Shown piece after piece: positions 24,071-36,489 of a stretch of DNA of 64,000 bases. Where the stretch lies: NCBI RefSeq assembly GCF_036321535.1, contig NC_087437.1, positions 107,758,001 to 107,822,000 on the forward strand, read 5' to 3'. A program made the translations under genes and the position numbers. Within the stretch, counting starts at the first letter, position 1; every line of letters begins with the position of its first letter. Origin of the DNA: Camelus dromedarius. Taxonomy: Eukaryota. The notes below the pieces were generated by a model that was given only the letters and a program-made list of their open reading frames with translations, was not told the origin of the DNA and ran no database searches.

Positions 24071-25323
24071 AATAGTTAGAAAGTCCTCGGCCTTGTGATC
24101 TATTGGTAGGATGAAACCCATCTAAATTCAGACTGTGCAGTATTAGAGCACCAAGAACCTCCCATCACACTTCTGTCTTTGGCCAGAGGCATATTTGGTC
24201 ACTTTTTAAATTTTGTAAAAAGTGATGTGGGAGGAAAAGTGCAAATCTATGAAGAGAATAAAGAAACCTAAATACATATCCAAGGATGTAGTTATTTTGA
24301 ACATCAAGAAGATCTTTAAAGCATTCTGAAAGATGCCTGAAAATTGTTTTCTCTCTTTAACCAGCCTTAGTGCAGTTTGTTTCATGGAAACTGGAGATCA
24401 CAAAGAGGAAAACTTCCTGATTCTAAATTTCCCACAGCAATGAGGTAATCCACCAGCATAACATAGATGTTTTGAATAGATCATTCTATACTAATATTTA
24501 AGTTTATTTCTCCTAACATGGAGAATCATTTATATTTCTTATTCCAGGGTAAGCATTCAATAATGTAGTAAAGAAAATTTTATGTAGTTTAAAAAATATA
24601 TCCTACAGATCATACTTGCCATAGCTGTTTTTCAAAATGTAGTAGTTAAACTTTAACGTTTTTTTAAAGATACACTGTAATCAACAAATTCAATAGTTTT
24701 TGAGTACCGGTCTATATAAGGAGGGATGCTAGAGAAAGACATATAGCATAAATAATGCATGTTAAAGAAGGACACGTGAGTTAAATAATGTAAAGAAATA
24801 GGAAATAAAATAAAAATATTAGTGCATTTCATGATTGATCCACATATTCTAAAAGGTTGTATTACAAATGTAGATGAAGGAAAAATTGCTCTGGTCTTGA
24901 GTACAGTAGAGATTCTAATAAGTTTTGACATATGGATATGATATTCCAGGGAGAGAAGAGCATGGCAAAGGGAGGGACAACATGTGTGTTTTGGAAAGGC
25001 AATGGGAGCAAAAAAATCTATAAATTAAGTACTGGAAATTACAGGATCAGTCATCAAGAAATTAGGTTTTTCTATAGAAGAATGTTAGAGAGTGGAGAAA
25101 GAAAGAAATAGTGAAATTAAAAGTCAGAGGAAGAGCATGTAATTTACTGAACAAATGCTAAGAAATTTCACTGGCCATGTGTCTTTTAAGCCCTAAAAAT
25201 TCATTAAAACATTTTGAGAAAAGAATAACTTCTGCAAGTAGTAAGTTTTAGCTCAAAACTTAGAACAAAGAAAATACTCAGATTCTACCATCACATTTTC
25301 TGTGACTTCTCTAATGGACATTG

Positions 25324-25853
25324 TGCTGCCAGAGAATATGTTCTTGTTTCGCACAGGAAAGAACTCAAAAGCCAGGCATAGTAAAATGAAAGTCAGTTTA
25401 TTCAGGGAGATGCATGCTCCATAGAAAGAGTGCGGGCCACCTCAAAAAGCAAGAGAGGCAGCTCTAGGAGATACACATTTCATGGACAGAACGCAATCCG
25501 TCTCACTCAGAAGGGAGAGTGTACAGGAGGTGTGGGGGTGGTTTGTTGTTATGGGCTGGATAATTGAATGTGCTGATGAGTGGGAGGATTATTCTAACTA
25601 TTTTGGGAAAGGGGCTGGTATTTCCAGGAATTGGGCTCTGCCCACAATTTGGCCTTTTATGGTCGGCCCAGAAGCTGTCATGGCGCCGGTGGGTGTGTCA
25701 TTTAGCTGATTTACTACCATGAGCCTATCATGAGGCTCAAGGTCTACTGGAAGTGGAATCTTCCACTATATTGGTTTTAATCAGTGTGTCCTGTCCTCAA
25801 TAGCTGTGTCATTCCTTCAGTGGTTGTGCTCTGCCCACTTCTCTCCTATCTCA
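25324..25853 (-). mobile_element. Solo ERV1-class LTR
   Basis: TG...CA termini (tgctgcc...ctatctca), tttatt (AATAAA on minus strand) near 25397, 4-bp TSD attg/atgg. Confidence 0.75.
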
Positions 25854-26479
25854 ATGGTACTTTTTAACTCTGAGATGAACTTGTTGTAGGGTTAGCAAAT
25901 GCACGTTCTTGAAAAGGAACTTAAAGAATCCTGTGTTAGAATGTTCTCATCTCCTTCTTTGGGTCACAACCAAAATGAAGCACTCCTAAAAAGGCTATGA
26001 TATAGGTTTCATTTGGTTCTAAAATAGTTTCCTAATGTCAGCATTACAGTGTTATACCAGAATGGGGTGATTTATCCAAAACATTAAATTTTACAGCAAC
26101 ATTTTTGCCAGTTTATTCTGAAGTCTTGGACATTATTTTCTCAGGATATATCTTTTTCTCTAGTATGATTTTCAAGCAAATAACAGTAAGAAATAATGTA
26201 GGGGCTGTCTTTTAAGATCTCTTTTCTCAAAACTCTTACAAAAGATGTTTTGGGTTAACTGTATTTGGTCTAATGGCAATTTCTTAAAGTTCTTCCTCAG
26301 ACTGGAGAAGTAAAACAAATCTAGAGACAGAGAGGAATGAAATACTGACTTCTTTCTTTGAAGTAGGTGATGGTCATTTTTTATTCTAGAATAGTTGATC
26401 ACAACACCGTTATTTCTCACAGAGTGCAACTGTGAGGGGCACTTATCATTTGAAAGACTTAAGGACCAGTAGCTTATAT

Positions 26480-26612
26480 GTTGCATAGGAACCCGTTAAA
26501 AATGTAAATTATCCCACCTCAACCCAGATCTATTGAATAAGAATCTGTACTCTGAAGTGTCCAGAGGTGATTGGTATGTACATCCATATTTACATAAAAG
26601 TTTGAGAACACA
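26480..26612. mobile_element. MER5-like hAT fragment
   Basis: gttaaaaatgtaaattatcccacctcaacccagatctattgaataagaatctg...aaagtttgagaaca. Confidence 0.6.
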
Positions 26613-27940
26613 GTCATAGTCTAGTCAGTGTGTGAGCATATGAACTAAATTGTTCTTTTGGGGAGCTAATGAGAAGGAAGAAATCTTGCTCTTTGAGATA
26701 GCTTCTAGAACTGTCTCTCTCTCTTCTCTCTGTATTTGTACAAAGAAGCATATACCATTCCCCACAAGGTTATTGGCAGTCATCTTGGGAGAACAGTGGC
26801 AAGCTTGCCTTAGGATAAATCTTCCACTGGAATCTAGAATAGTGAGAAAGGAAAAGGAACTCAATAACATTTTTGAATTGCCAAATCAACCAGCCCAGAA
26901 GAGAGAACCACCTCTGGGCATCTAATTTTTGGAGCCAATAATTTTTCCTGGTTGTTAGAGCCAAATTGAGTTGTTTCTTCCAGCTAAAGTCACAACATGT
27001 TAGCTGATATAATGTCACTAAAGTGTTTACTTAAAAATAGTTCATTTGCAGATATTAGGGTCTAAAATTTTAGTAGAAAATTTTAAAGAAAAGATATACA
27101 CATGCACTGCTAATCTGTGCAAGAATATTTGCATATTTGGTTTTCCTTCATTCAGAGAGAAATAATATTTTGAATTACTCATTAACATACAACTTTTTCG
27201 ATTCCTCACACTTATATTTTCTTGTACTTGTAACCTCCAATTCAGACAGTGAGGGTATCCTATATTCACTAACCTCAGGGAAAGTTTGTTACTTACTAGA
27301 GAAGTACAAATTTCAGAAATGCCTTCTTTGGGAAAAATCTTGGCTTCAAATCAAACATTATTTTCTGATTCAGAACACATTTTGGCTGCTAATAGGCACC
27401 AATATCTCCAGCCTAGCAAACACTGAGAGTCATGGGTTCTGAAAGCAAAGAAATCTTGTACATTTATAAATTTTACACTGAGCTTTATTTTTACATTTGT
27501 GTATTATTCATTTAGTTTTTAAAAAATATTCTTTTCACCTCAAAGTTTACATCATGACTGAAGGAAAGTACCAGAATGCTCAAAATATTAAAGTAACACT
27601 ACAGATCCTTTAGAGATAAATATTTTATAATTCTGTTTTCTCAATTCCAGTAAAAACTGGTAGTTTCAGATACAAGCACATAAGGCAACCAAAGAAAAGG
27701 TATCATTTAAATATATTGATACCTGCCGCTGTTCAATACACACTGAAATGTATAGGAAAATGTCACTGCTAGTTCAGTTGTTTTCAGTTGAAATAAACTG
27801 AAATATCATTTAAATTAGTTTAAGCAGAAAAGAGAAATAAATGCATTCTAATGATAATGGGAGATTTTCAGAAAACAAGAATAAGTGAGTTGGGGGGAAA
27901 TAACCAGGCGGATTTCATTTTTCTAAAGATCTCTCTAGAT

Positions 27941-28144
27941 CACGGTTTCTCAAACCTGGCACTATTGACATTGTGAGCTGGATAATTCCTTCGGGGAGGA
28001 GGGGGAAGAGGGAGGCTGTCCTCTGCCATGTAGGATGTTGAGCAGAATCTCTGACCTCTACCCACTGGAAGGCAGTAGCACCTCCTTCAGTGTGATAGCC
28101 AAGTGTCCCTTGCAGACAAAGTTGCCCCAAGTTGAAAACCACTG
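27941..28144 (+). mobile_element. MER20 hAT-Charlie element
   Basis: cacggtttctcaaacctggcactattgacatt...ctggataattc...ctctacccactggaaggcagtagcac...gttgaaaaccactg; 8-bp TSD ctctagat/ctaaagat. Confidence 0.92.
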
Positions 28145-28559
28145 CTAAAGATACAGACATTGATCTGTGTTTCAAATAAGTATTGATTCTGATATAGATA
28201 TAAGTGAAGACAGATTTAGACAAAGATGGAGATACAGAAATAGGTGTTGGTATAGGTATAACCCATTTCTCATCATGACTTTCTCTGCTTAGTGACAAAT
28301 GTAAACACTGAATTTTGCAACCTAAAATTCAGGTCCTGAAAATAAAAACAGCTTTAGACTCTGTTCTAGTGCCATGTTAGGAATTCCCAGAAACACATTG
28401 ACTCTTCTTGGTTCACCTATCTCCCTCAGACACCAACTGCACTCAGGGCACGATGAGTCATATTATAATACAGTAATTCTTACCAAAATACAGGATAGTG
28501 GTGGGAAAAGAATAATTCCTAGAAAGGAGCAATGATACCAGAAAACCGGGGAATCACAA

Positions 28560-29400
28560 AGAGCATTCATGAAATAGAAGAGAAAAAAATATTATTTGAA
28601 GAACTCATTACAGGAGATTTTCCTGAGCAGAAAACAGAAGTCTTTAAAGTGGAAAGACTTAATCAATCTTCTAGAAAAAAAGAACAAAAATAATATATAG
28701 ATTGACAGGAACACATCACTTTAAAACATCAACTAAAAACTTTGAAGAGAGAAAAAAACAGTTTATTGACAAAAGGATGAGACTCAATTTGGTATTAGTC
28801 ATCTCATCTGTAATACTTGAAATTTAAAGAAAAATGGAGCCTCAGATGTCTGTGGGAAATTACTTTCAGCCTACAACTTTATACCTATTAATCGACATTT
28901 AGTGGGGAAAAAAGCTATTTTAAGGTCTTAGAAATGTTGGCTTGCAATCATCCATTTTTTGGAAATCAATGGTGAATTTATAGAAAAAAAATTAAACAAA
29001 AAAAAAGGAAAACATTAGATGCAGAAGATAAAGAATCCAGTGAAATAGAGAAGGGAAGGAAGGGCCCAAAAGGACAAGTCCATACTTGATCAGAACACAA
29101 AGGCTGGAAAAGCAAAGCCTTTGAGAAAGGGTATTTCTTGGGAGGGTAGGACTAAAATCTTAAATATATTGAGGATATGATGATAGCATAATTTAAGAAA
29201 AAAGAAGGAAAATCACCAACTCCAGACAAAAGAAACTGTAAGAGGACATAAGTCTACTATGAAGCAAATTAAAATGAGTCGTAACTTTGAAAAATCGCTG
29301 GAGAATGGATAGAAATGTTAAGAACATTGTTTTAAGTGACAAAAGACTTACAAAATTAGATCTATAAAGAACAAAATATATTTACAGCAAGCCCTCTGAT
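28560..29400 (+). mobile_element. Decayed HAL1/L1 ORF1-like fragment
   Basis: A-rich; tttgaagaactcattacaggagattttcctgag and gactcaatttggtattagtcatctcatctgtaatacttgaa resemble ORF1 (ENFP and IRL..DFS..TL regions). Confidence 0.55.
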
Positions 29401-29459
29401 TCTATAATAAACAGTATTTGTCTAACTTTAAGAGTCTAAAAGTATATTATTTTTGTTAT

Positions 29460-29847
29460 TTTCTGCTCAGGTTGATTGAGATATAATTTATGTACATTGA
29501 ATTCACCTTGTCTAAGATAGTTCTGTGAGTTGACAAATGTATGCAGTCCTGGAACCACTACCACAAACAAGATATAAAATATTTAGTTCATTCTCAAACC
29601 TCATGTGGATTTGTAATGATTGCCCCTCACAACCATTAATACGATTTCTGCCCAATTCCGTTTTTCAGAATCACGTAAATTAAATCCTACAGTAGACAGT
29701 CTTTTTTTTTTTAACTCCTTCTTTTAGAATAATGTGTTAGTATTTACCAATATAACTGTGTATGTCAGAAATGTGTTTTGTTTTATTGCTGATAAATATT
29801 CCATCATATTGGTTTATTTCAAGTTTTTTTTTTTGTCAGTATATTCA
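29460..29847 (-). mobile_element. Old L1M 3' end fragment
   Basis: ttgattgagatataattta...tgacaaatgtatgcagtc...ccactaccaca...tttattgctgataaatattcca. Confidence 0.75.
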
Positions 29848-30159
29848 TTAGAAAACACACAATAACTTGAACAAGATAATTTTAATGCAAAAATTGTTAA
29901 CACAAGAATTGGAGTAATGGGGGACTGACTTGTAATGGACAAATAGAACTCTGAAGAGTATAGCAATAGACATAGGGAGCAGGATCACCCAGGACTGACC
30001 CCCAAGGAAGAGTTTACCCTCTCCTAAGGCTGAGAGCCCAACCTCATTAGAGACAGTATAGTTACAACTCAGAGGGTAGTAAAGACGTTTGGTAACACAC
30101 TGGCCGTACTCACTAGAAATCAACTTCCAAATTGCTGGGGGAAGCTGAAACTTACTATC

Positions 30160-30360
30160 AGGTCCTCCAGCTTTGTTTTCATTTAAACTTGTCTAGATTC
30201 TTTAAGTTCTTTATTTTCCATATAAATTTTAGAACTAGCTTGTCAATGTAAATAAAGATGGCTCGGATTTTGATTTGAATTCTGTGGGATTCACAGATAA
30301 AATTTAGGGAGTTTTACCATGTTAACCATATTGAGTCTGCTGATCCAGGAAGACTATTTA
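30160..30360 (-). mobile_element. L1 ORF2 fragment
   Basis: ttttccatataaattttagaactagcttgtcaa...gattttgatttgaattctg. Confidence 0.75.
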
Positions 30361-30639
30361 ATTTTTTTAGCTTTTGGAAGCAATCTATATTCCAGTAATT
30401 CCAATAAAAAATAAAATTAAAAAAAAAAAGAAACTCAAAATTAGTGGTCATAGAGCCATCATGTAAAATTTAGTTAGTGGCATTGGAAAAAAAGGTTATC
30501 CATTTCTAAGTGGAAAATAATGAATTCTATTTCATTTTTTTTCCATTGAAAGATAAACCTCATAAAATCTAACATATTGCATTCACTAGTAACTGTAACT
30601 GACTCTGGGAAATATCAGCTGTTGGAGATACCAGATGCC

Positions 30640-31760
30640 TCTGAACATAAGGGGATGATACAGGACTGAAATCAGGTCTAGAGTCAAAATATGTATGTCA
30701 GGAATCTGAGTCCCCAATTTCTTTCCAACCTTTTGCAGTCAAATAACTAATCCCATCTCCATGGAAAAAAAGATGGAAAATTTACTTTCTGAGGAGACTG
30801 GACTTTTGAAGCTCTCATCTCAGGAACAGGGAGCATGTTGCAGATTGTAATTTAGGTAATGTGATGTCATAAAGAACAAAACAAACATTACAATAAAAGT
30901 TCACTATCCTCTCTTTTGCCTGTTACCAGCAGATTAGAGCATTCTCCTTTGGGGGATTCAAAAAAAGGCCTCAAAGAACAAGAAAACTGATGTTGATATT
31001 TTGGAGGTGCCATGATGCAATCACTGGACTTCCCTAATTGCAACAGTAAAAATCACTGATCAACAAGTTCTACTTATATACACAGAGTGTCCAGAGAGTA
31101 TTTTTAGTGACATATTTTAAATTATGAAAGGGCAGATAAAGATCACCAGGTATGTTTGGAAAACTTCCAAGTAAAAGGTATCAAAACAAACCAAAGAAGT
31201 AGCTTAAAGGAAATCACAGAAAATACAGACTGTAGGAAAAAATTAAAGTTCTAAAAAATATATAAATAATGACCTGAGAGAAAAATAGAAGATTATGTGT
31301 CTGAAGGAAACAGCAGAATGTGATTTTTTAAGTTAAAAAGCAGTGATAAGTAAAAGTTTTTAAAATCTGAAAAAAAAATGGAAGAAAACAATATAGAACA
31401 AAAATGCACAAATAAAGACAGAAAGATTTTAAAATTACAGGATTAACCCAGGAAGCTCAATAACTGAATAGTACATCTCAGAAATAAAAGAGTTTCAGAA
31501 GAAAAGGATATTTCAAACATAATATGTAAGAAAATTTTCCATAACTTAGGAACATGGATTTTTAGTTCAAAGGGGCCTAACATCTCAATGATATTAAAAA
31601 AACCAAAAAAACAGCAACAACAACAAAAAAAAAACAAAAAAACCCCATGGTAACAGCCTCCAAATAGAAAGCAGATCGTATGGGGAAAAAAAAAAACCAG
31701 AGTCAGAAAGATATGGCCATTCTCACAAGGAACACTAATTATACCTTTCTGAGAAAAATA
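30640..31760 (+). mobile_element. Decayed HAL1/L1 5' region and ORF1, resuming at about 34075-34230
   Basis: A-rich; aagaaaattttccataactt and cagagtcagaaagatatggccattctcaca are ORF1-like; continuation aaagtaaaagaaagatatttcagacat follows the MaLR insertion. Confidence 0.55.
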
Positions 31761-31769
31761 TTTCTTATC

Positions 31770-33075
31770 CAATCTATGTTCACCCATCTTAGAGAATATC
31801 TGAATCGTTATAAACGAAATGTTAGTAGAAATATGAACATTGAAGGCATTGTTGGTGAGAGCTCAGACAGAAATGGGGAAAATGTTACTGGAAACTGGAG
31901 GAAGAGGGTTCCTCATTATACAGTGGCAGAAAGCTTAGTGGAGTTATATCCTGCAGTTTTGTGGCAAGTAGGATTTGTAAGCAACAAACTTGAATATCTA
32001 AGTGAGGAGATCTCTAAACAATTTGTTGAAAGTGGAGCCTAGTTCCTTCCTACTGTTTGTAGTAAAATGTGAGAGGAAAGAGATTGAGGGAAAACGCTAT
32101 TAAAGAAAAAGGAAATAGAACTTGATATGTGGGAAATTCTCAGCCTATCCAGATTGCCTGTCCTAAAATTAGGAGATTCACTGTCAAGAAAGCCTTCTCT
32201 AAAGAGAAAGCCAAGGGTGTGACTGGACAACCTTTTGCTGGGGCTTTGGAAGGATCAAAAGCACAGGGTATTCAGTTACACATGTGGCTCTTTGAGAGAT
32301 TAGACAAGTGACTCATAGATCCTCTTAGCCACCTAAGGAAAAGCCAAGAATAGAGATGGGATTATCCAAGCAAGATGTGTGGATGAACCTTTTGTCTCAT
32401 GGAGTGAATCCCTGAAACATACAAGAGAGATTTACAAGGTTCTTGAGACTATTGCTCCAACCGTCACGCTGCCAGCTTGGACTGAAAGAAACGGAGAGAA
32501 TAAAATGAAGAAAGACTGTGGCTCCCAAAATTCTACTGGTAGCAAACAAGCTGATAAAACTCCCCAGCTGCAAACACATACTACCCTTCATGAAAAAGGA
32601 AAGAGACTCCAAATGTGGAGGCTTGAGTCAGAGGGTAGAGCTTCTAGCTCAGGACTAATCCTCCAGAACCAGAGGATTATTCCCAGGACTTGGAATCTAA
32701 GGTTGCTTGCCTGGTTGGATTTGGAAATTTCTTAGGACTAGTGGCCTTTTTTTTTTTTTCTTCTTCTCCTTTCTTTCCATTTTCTTCATTTTTGAGTTGG
32801 CATGTTGATAACTATTACTCTTCCTGATCTCACCATTGCATTTTGGGAGCAGATAGGATAGAGAACATCCACAGATGAAGAGGAATTTCGCCCTCTGATG
32901 GATTATGTAGAGAACTTCACCCATACCTAATTTAGATGATTTAGGTAATGAAATCTGTGTCTTTGTGATGATGGAATTTAGACGAGATTCAGAATATGGG
33001 ATGAGCTTGAGACTGGGAGATCTTGAGATGGAATGAATGTGTATGACATGTAGGATGGGCATGAATCTTCCAGGG
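31770..33075 (+). mobile_element. MaLR internal sequence (MLT1-int)
   Basis: ORF 31680-32042 gives ENVTGNWRKRVPHYTVAESLVELYPAVLW...LEYLSEEISKQ, the MaLR internal ORF signature; directly followed by an MLT1 LTR. Confidence 0.88.
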
Positions 33076-33080
33076 TCTCA

Positions 33081-34071
33081 GGTAGACAGAATAATGACCC
33101 TTCAAGATACTCACACCCTAATCCCTGGAACCTGTGTATATGCTACCTTGCATGGCAAAGGGGACTTTGGGGATGTTGGGCTAAGAATCTTGAGGTGGGA
33201 AAATTCTGGGTTATCTGAATAAGTCCTATACACTCTCGAGAGTCCTAATAAGAGGGAGACAGAAAGGTAAGCGTAAGAAAGACAGTGTGATGATGGAAGT
33301 TGAGAAAGATTAAAACCTGTTTGCTGCTCTCTTTGAATATGTAAGATAGAGTCATAAGTCAAGAAACGTAGAAGGCTCTAGAAGCTAGAAAAGGCAAGAA
33401 TACAGATTTTCCTTTAAAACCTTTAGCAGGAATGCAGTTCTGCTGAACTATTTTAGACATCTGATCTCCAGAACTGTATGAAAATTAATTTGTTTTGTTT
33501 TAAGCCACTAAGTTTATGATTTCTTCTCCATAATCCTGCCCTTATCTCCCAGCCACTTTCTGTCTCCTTCACCCTTCCACTTGCCCTGGGATAGAGAAAT
33601 AGGAGAGAAGGAAACAGAAACGAATAATTTAATGCAACATGGCAAATTTTATTAGGTGGATCACAGTAAACTTTAAGCAAATAACTCAGCGGTTCAATAG
33701 AATTGGTTTATGAGAAGAGTGAAGTGGACTGGTTTCCCACAAGAGTCCCTTATCCTTCATAGAAAAGAAGTCATCAAGTTGCATGTTGGACCACACAGGC
33801 AGCAGATTAAATTCATGAGTATCATTCCAGGGCTCAAGGTCCCATTCTGGAATATATGTAACATCTACATAAACTTAAACTTGAATAAGGCTCGCAGGTT
33901 TATCCATCTCACTGGAAGCCACAGGAAGAGGTCCTGGTGCAAGCAACTTTCTGAAAAATAATCGAAGAGGATGCTTTTCCAAAGCAGTAGTCCCTAAGTC
34001 AACGCACATATGGTTGTTTTGGCCACTACATTTGTGATAACTTGTTACAATAGCAGTAGGGAACTAACACA
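33081..34071 (+). mobile_element. MLT1D-like 3' LTR, interrupted at 33521-34013
   Basis: cagaataatgaccc...cctaatccctggaacctgtg...catggcaaaggggactttg...ctctagaagctagaaaaggcaag...ctccagaactgt...ttttaagccacta; terminus ttgttacaatagcagtagggaactaacaca at 34042-34071. Confidence 0.9.
33521..34013 (-). pseudogene. Unidentified gene-like fragment inserted in the LTR (possible retrocopy or captured sequence)
   Basis: Minus-strand frame from ATG 34009 to TGA 33686 with one in-frame TAA (33877-33875); AATAAA at 33653-33648; flanked by ~26-bp imperfect direct repeats; product not recognised. Confidence 0.4.
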
Positions 34072-34609
34072 TCATGCAAACTATTAATCCAGCATGAAAG
34101 TAAAAGAAAGATATTTCAGACATAAATGAGTCCAAAAATTCATTTCATGTACCCTTTGCAGGAGGATCTTGAAGGATATGTCTTTGGAACAGAAGGAGTA
34201 AAGTCCAAAAAAGGAAGACACTGTATCTTAGAAACCAGACATAAAACACAGAAGGCATATCAATTTCTTCACCCTGTAGGCGACTATTTATCTTTGGTTA
34301 TTTCAAGACAACAGGATGCTGCAGATTCATCAAAACCTTACAGCTTATTTTTTTTGATAGACAAAAACTTATTTGCCCACCAAAAGCTTACAAACAAAAC
34401 ATCTGAAAAATGGCGTGTGGAATTCTGTTCAAAGCAAAAATGGTTTCCGTGGAGAGTTAAGCAGTTTGATTTTGAATCAGGATGCTTTCTTATAGAGCAA
34501 GAATAAAAACAGCTAAAGCATAAGCAGTAAGCTTACCCTCTGATTGTCATTAGGTTAAATTCTTTAGCACACACAAACACACACACACAATGAGGCGGGC
34601 TTGTAACTC

Positions 34610-34680
34610 TTCACATTTAGAGAAGATGAAACTGAGGTGTAGGGAAGTGAAGGAACTTGCCGATGACACAATAGTATTAA
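34610..34680 (-). mobile_element. MIR fragment
   Basis: gaagatgaaactgaggtgtagggaagtgaaggaacttgccgatgacaca. Confidence 0.75.
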
Positions 34681-36489
34681 AAATTAGCTTAATTCTATTC
34701 AGATTACGGGCGATTGTGCCAGGTTCATACTAGATACCATCAGTTATTATCATAGAGAAAAATGTCCTGTTTTACATTAAGAATAAGGATCAAAATAGAA
34801 CCAGCCATGACGTGAAAAGATATCCGCACTTGACTAGCTGAACTCTCATTAGTGTCACAATCATTTTAAGAACAATTTGAAATAAGACCACTCACCTGGA
34901 AGTAGTTAAGAGCCCTGGTATATATTTACCTGCCATGAAAAATATTTTCCTTATACACAGTGCCTGAAAAGTTTGGGATTTTTTTTTTTCTTTTTCACAG
35001 CTGGAAAAGCTCAGTAACCAATTCATTTTTCACAGTGTAATATCATCTGGTTTTAGGGAATGCCAGAAAAGAAATGAAGAAATGGAATGAACAGAATCTA
35101 TGCTTTTAAAATGAAGGTGGACCATGTACACTGATTTCATATCAGATTCTTAAATGGTTTTTCCACAGGGTGTGAAAAATGCCTAATAAAATAAAACATT
35201 CCCATTAGAAATCCATGACTATTTTTGTGAAGTTAATTTTATTTAAAAGCATCAGCAAACATGGATTAAGTAACTATTATATGCTTGTTGCTGTGGTATC
35301 TTTCCTTCTTTATGACACTGGGACAAGCAACAATCCTATGAAAAGATTTTATAAATGAACTCCTTTTGACAGAGAGGTCAAATTTACCCAGAGAATTATA
35401 GCTAATTATAACAATAGCATCATTTGAAGCAAGTATTCTGATTTCTGCTGTGGCTATATTGAAGATCATTTTCCTAAAGTTTTAAAAGAAAACTTAGTTA
35501 AAGGAGATGTATTCTATCCAAATTTTAAAAACAAACTACTCAGTCAGCTAGAGGATAGATACACATAGGCATTCTTTTTCCAAAGAGATAAGAATTTTAA
35601 ATATCATTTATTTCTATTTTGGTACAAAGTCAAAATGCTATTTCTAAGTAAAACTAAAAATAACAGAGTGTTACATTAAGCAGGTTGATTATAATAAAAG
35701 TGTTCTGGAAAATTATAAATGAGCTGGTCTTGCCCCAAAAGCTTTAAAATATTTAATAAATTAGAAAGAAAACACATTAGTTAAGTGTTAATTTCACTCA
35801 ATTACCCCCAATCTCAGTTTGCAGGGGAAAATTATTACTGAGTGTACACAGCGGGAGTTTTTTTTTCATATATAAATCTTTCAGGAAATTATTTTAGAGA
35901 AATAACATTCAGACTTCTAGTGGAAGGTGGCAGATTGAGGAAAGACATTTACCTCCTTCCCTCTCAATATCCGGTGGAAATGAAGGAAATTTTGTTTTAA
36001 AATGTCTAAATCCAAACCATGATTCTGGAAAGCAAGGAAGTATGTTATTGATGTGTTTCATTAACTTGGAAGCGTTTCTGGAATGTAGCATTGGTATTGG
36101 ATTGGAGGAGTAAGTTAGTAAAGGCAAGTGTAACCCCAAATAGGCACAGGAAAATGATTGCATAGGAGAGAATCCTTCCCAATTGTATTCCAGGAAAACG
36201 CTAGGCTCTCAGTGAATATGCATGAAGAACAGGCAGCTCTGCTGGGGAGAGTCAAATGCAGAGCTGTCCCCAGACATGCCAGGCCTGCTGTTCCTCTCCA
36301 GACCCCAGCTAGACAGAAGAGCAGATTGCTCCCTTCTAGACTGCCCTGCTGGCTTCATACCATCTACTTAATCTCTGAATTAGAGCTTCATGGGGCTAGG
36401 TCATGTGCTGTTTTCTCTGCTCTAAACTTTTTCCTACTTTATTTAGACTTTTCTGATTTCTTGAGTATCATCTATCTGTTAATGACTGT

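Noticed and set aside
28150..28262. TAGATA/TAGGTA-like periodic tract (similar one at 51340-51392)
   Set aside because: Ordinary degenerate hexamer microsatellites.
29848..30160. Possible LTR fragment between two L1 pieces
   Set aside because: Composition differs from the flanking L1, but I could not assign termini, a TSD or a family with confidence.
31680..32042. Domesticated MaLR gag-like gene
   Set aside because: Only a short open stretch that begins in upstream L1-like sequence; the following frames contain stops and shifts, as in an ordinary decayed MLT1-int.
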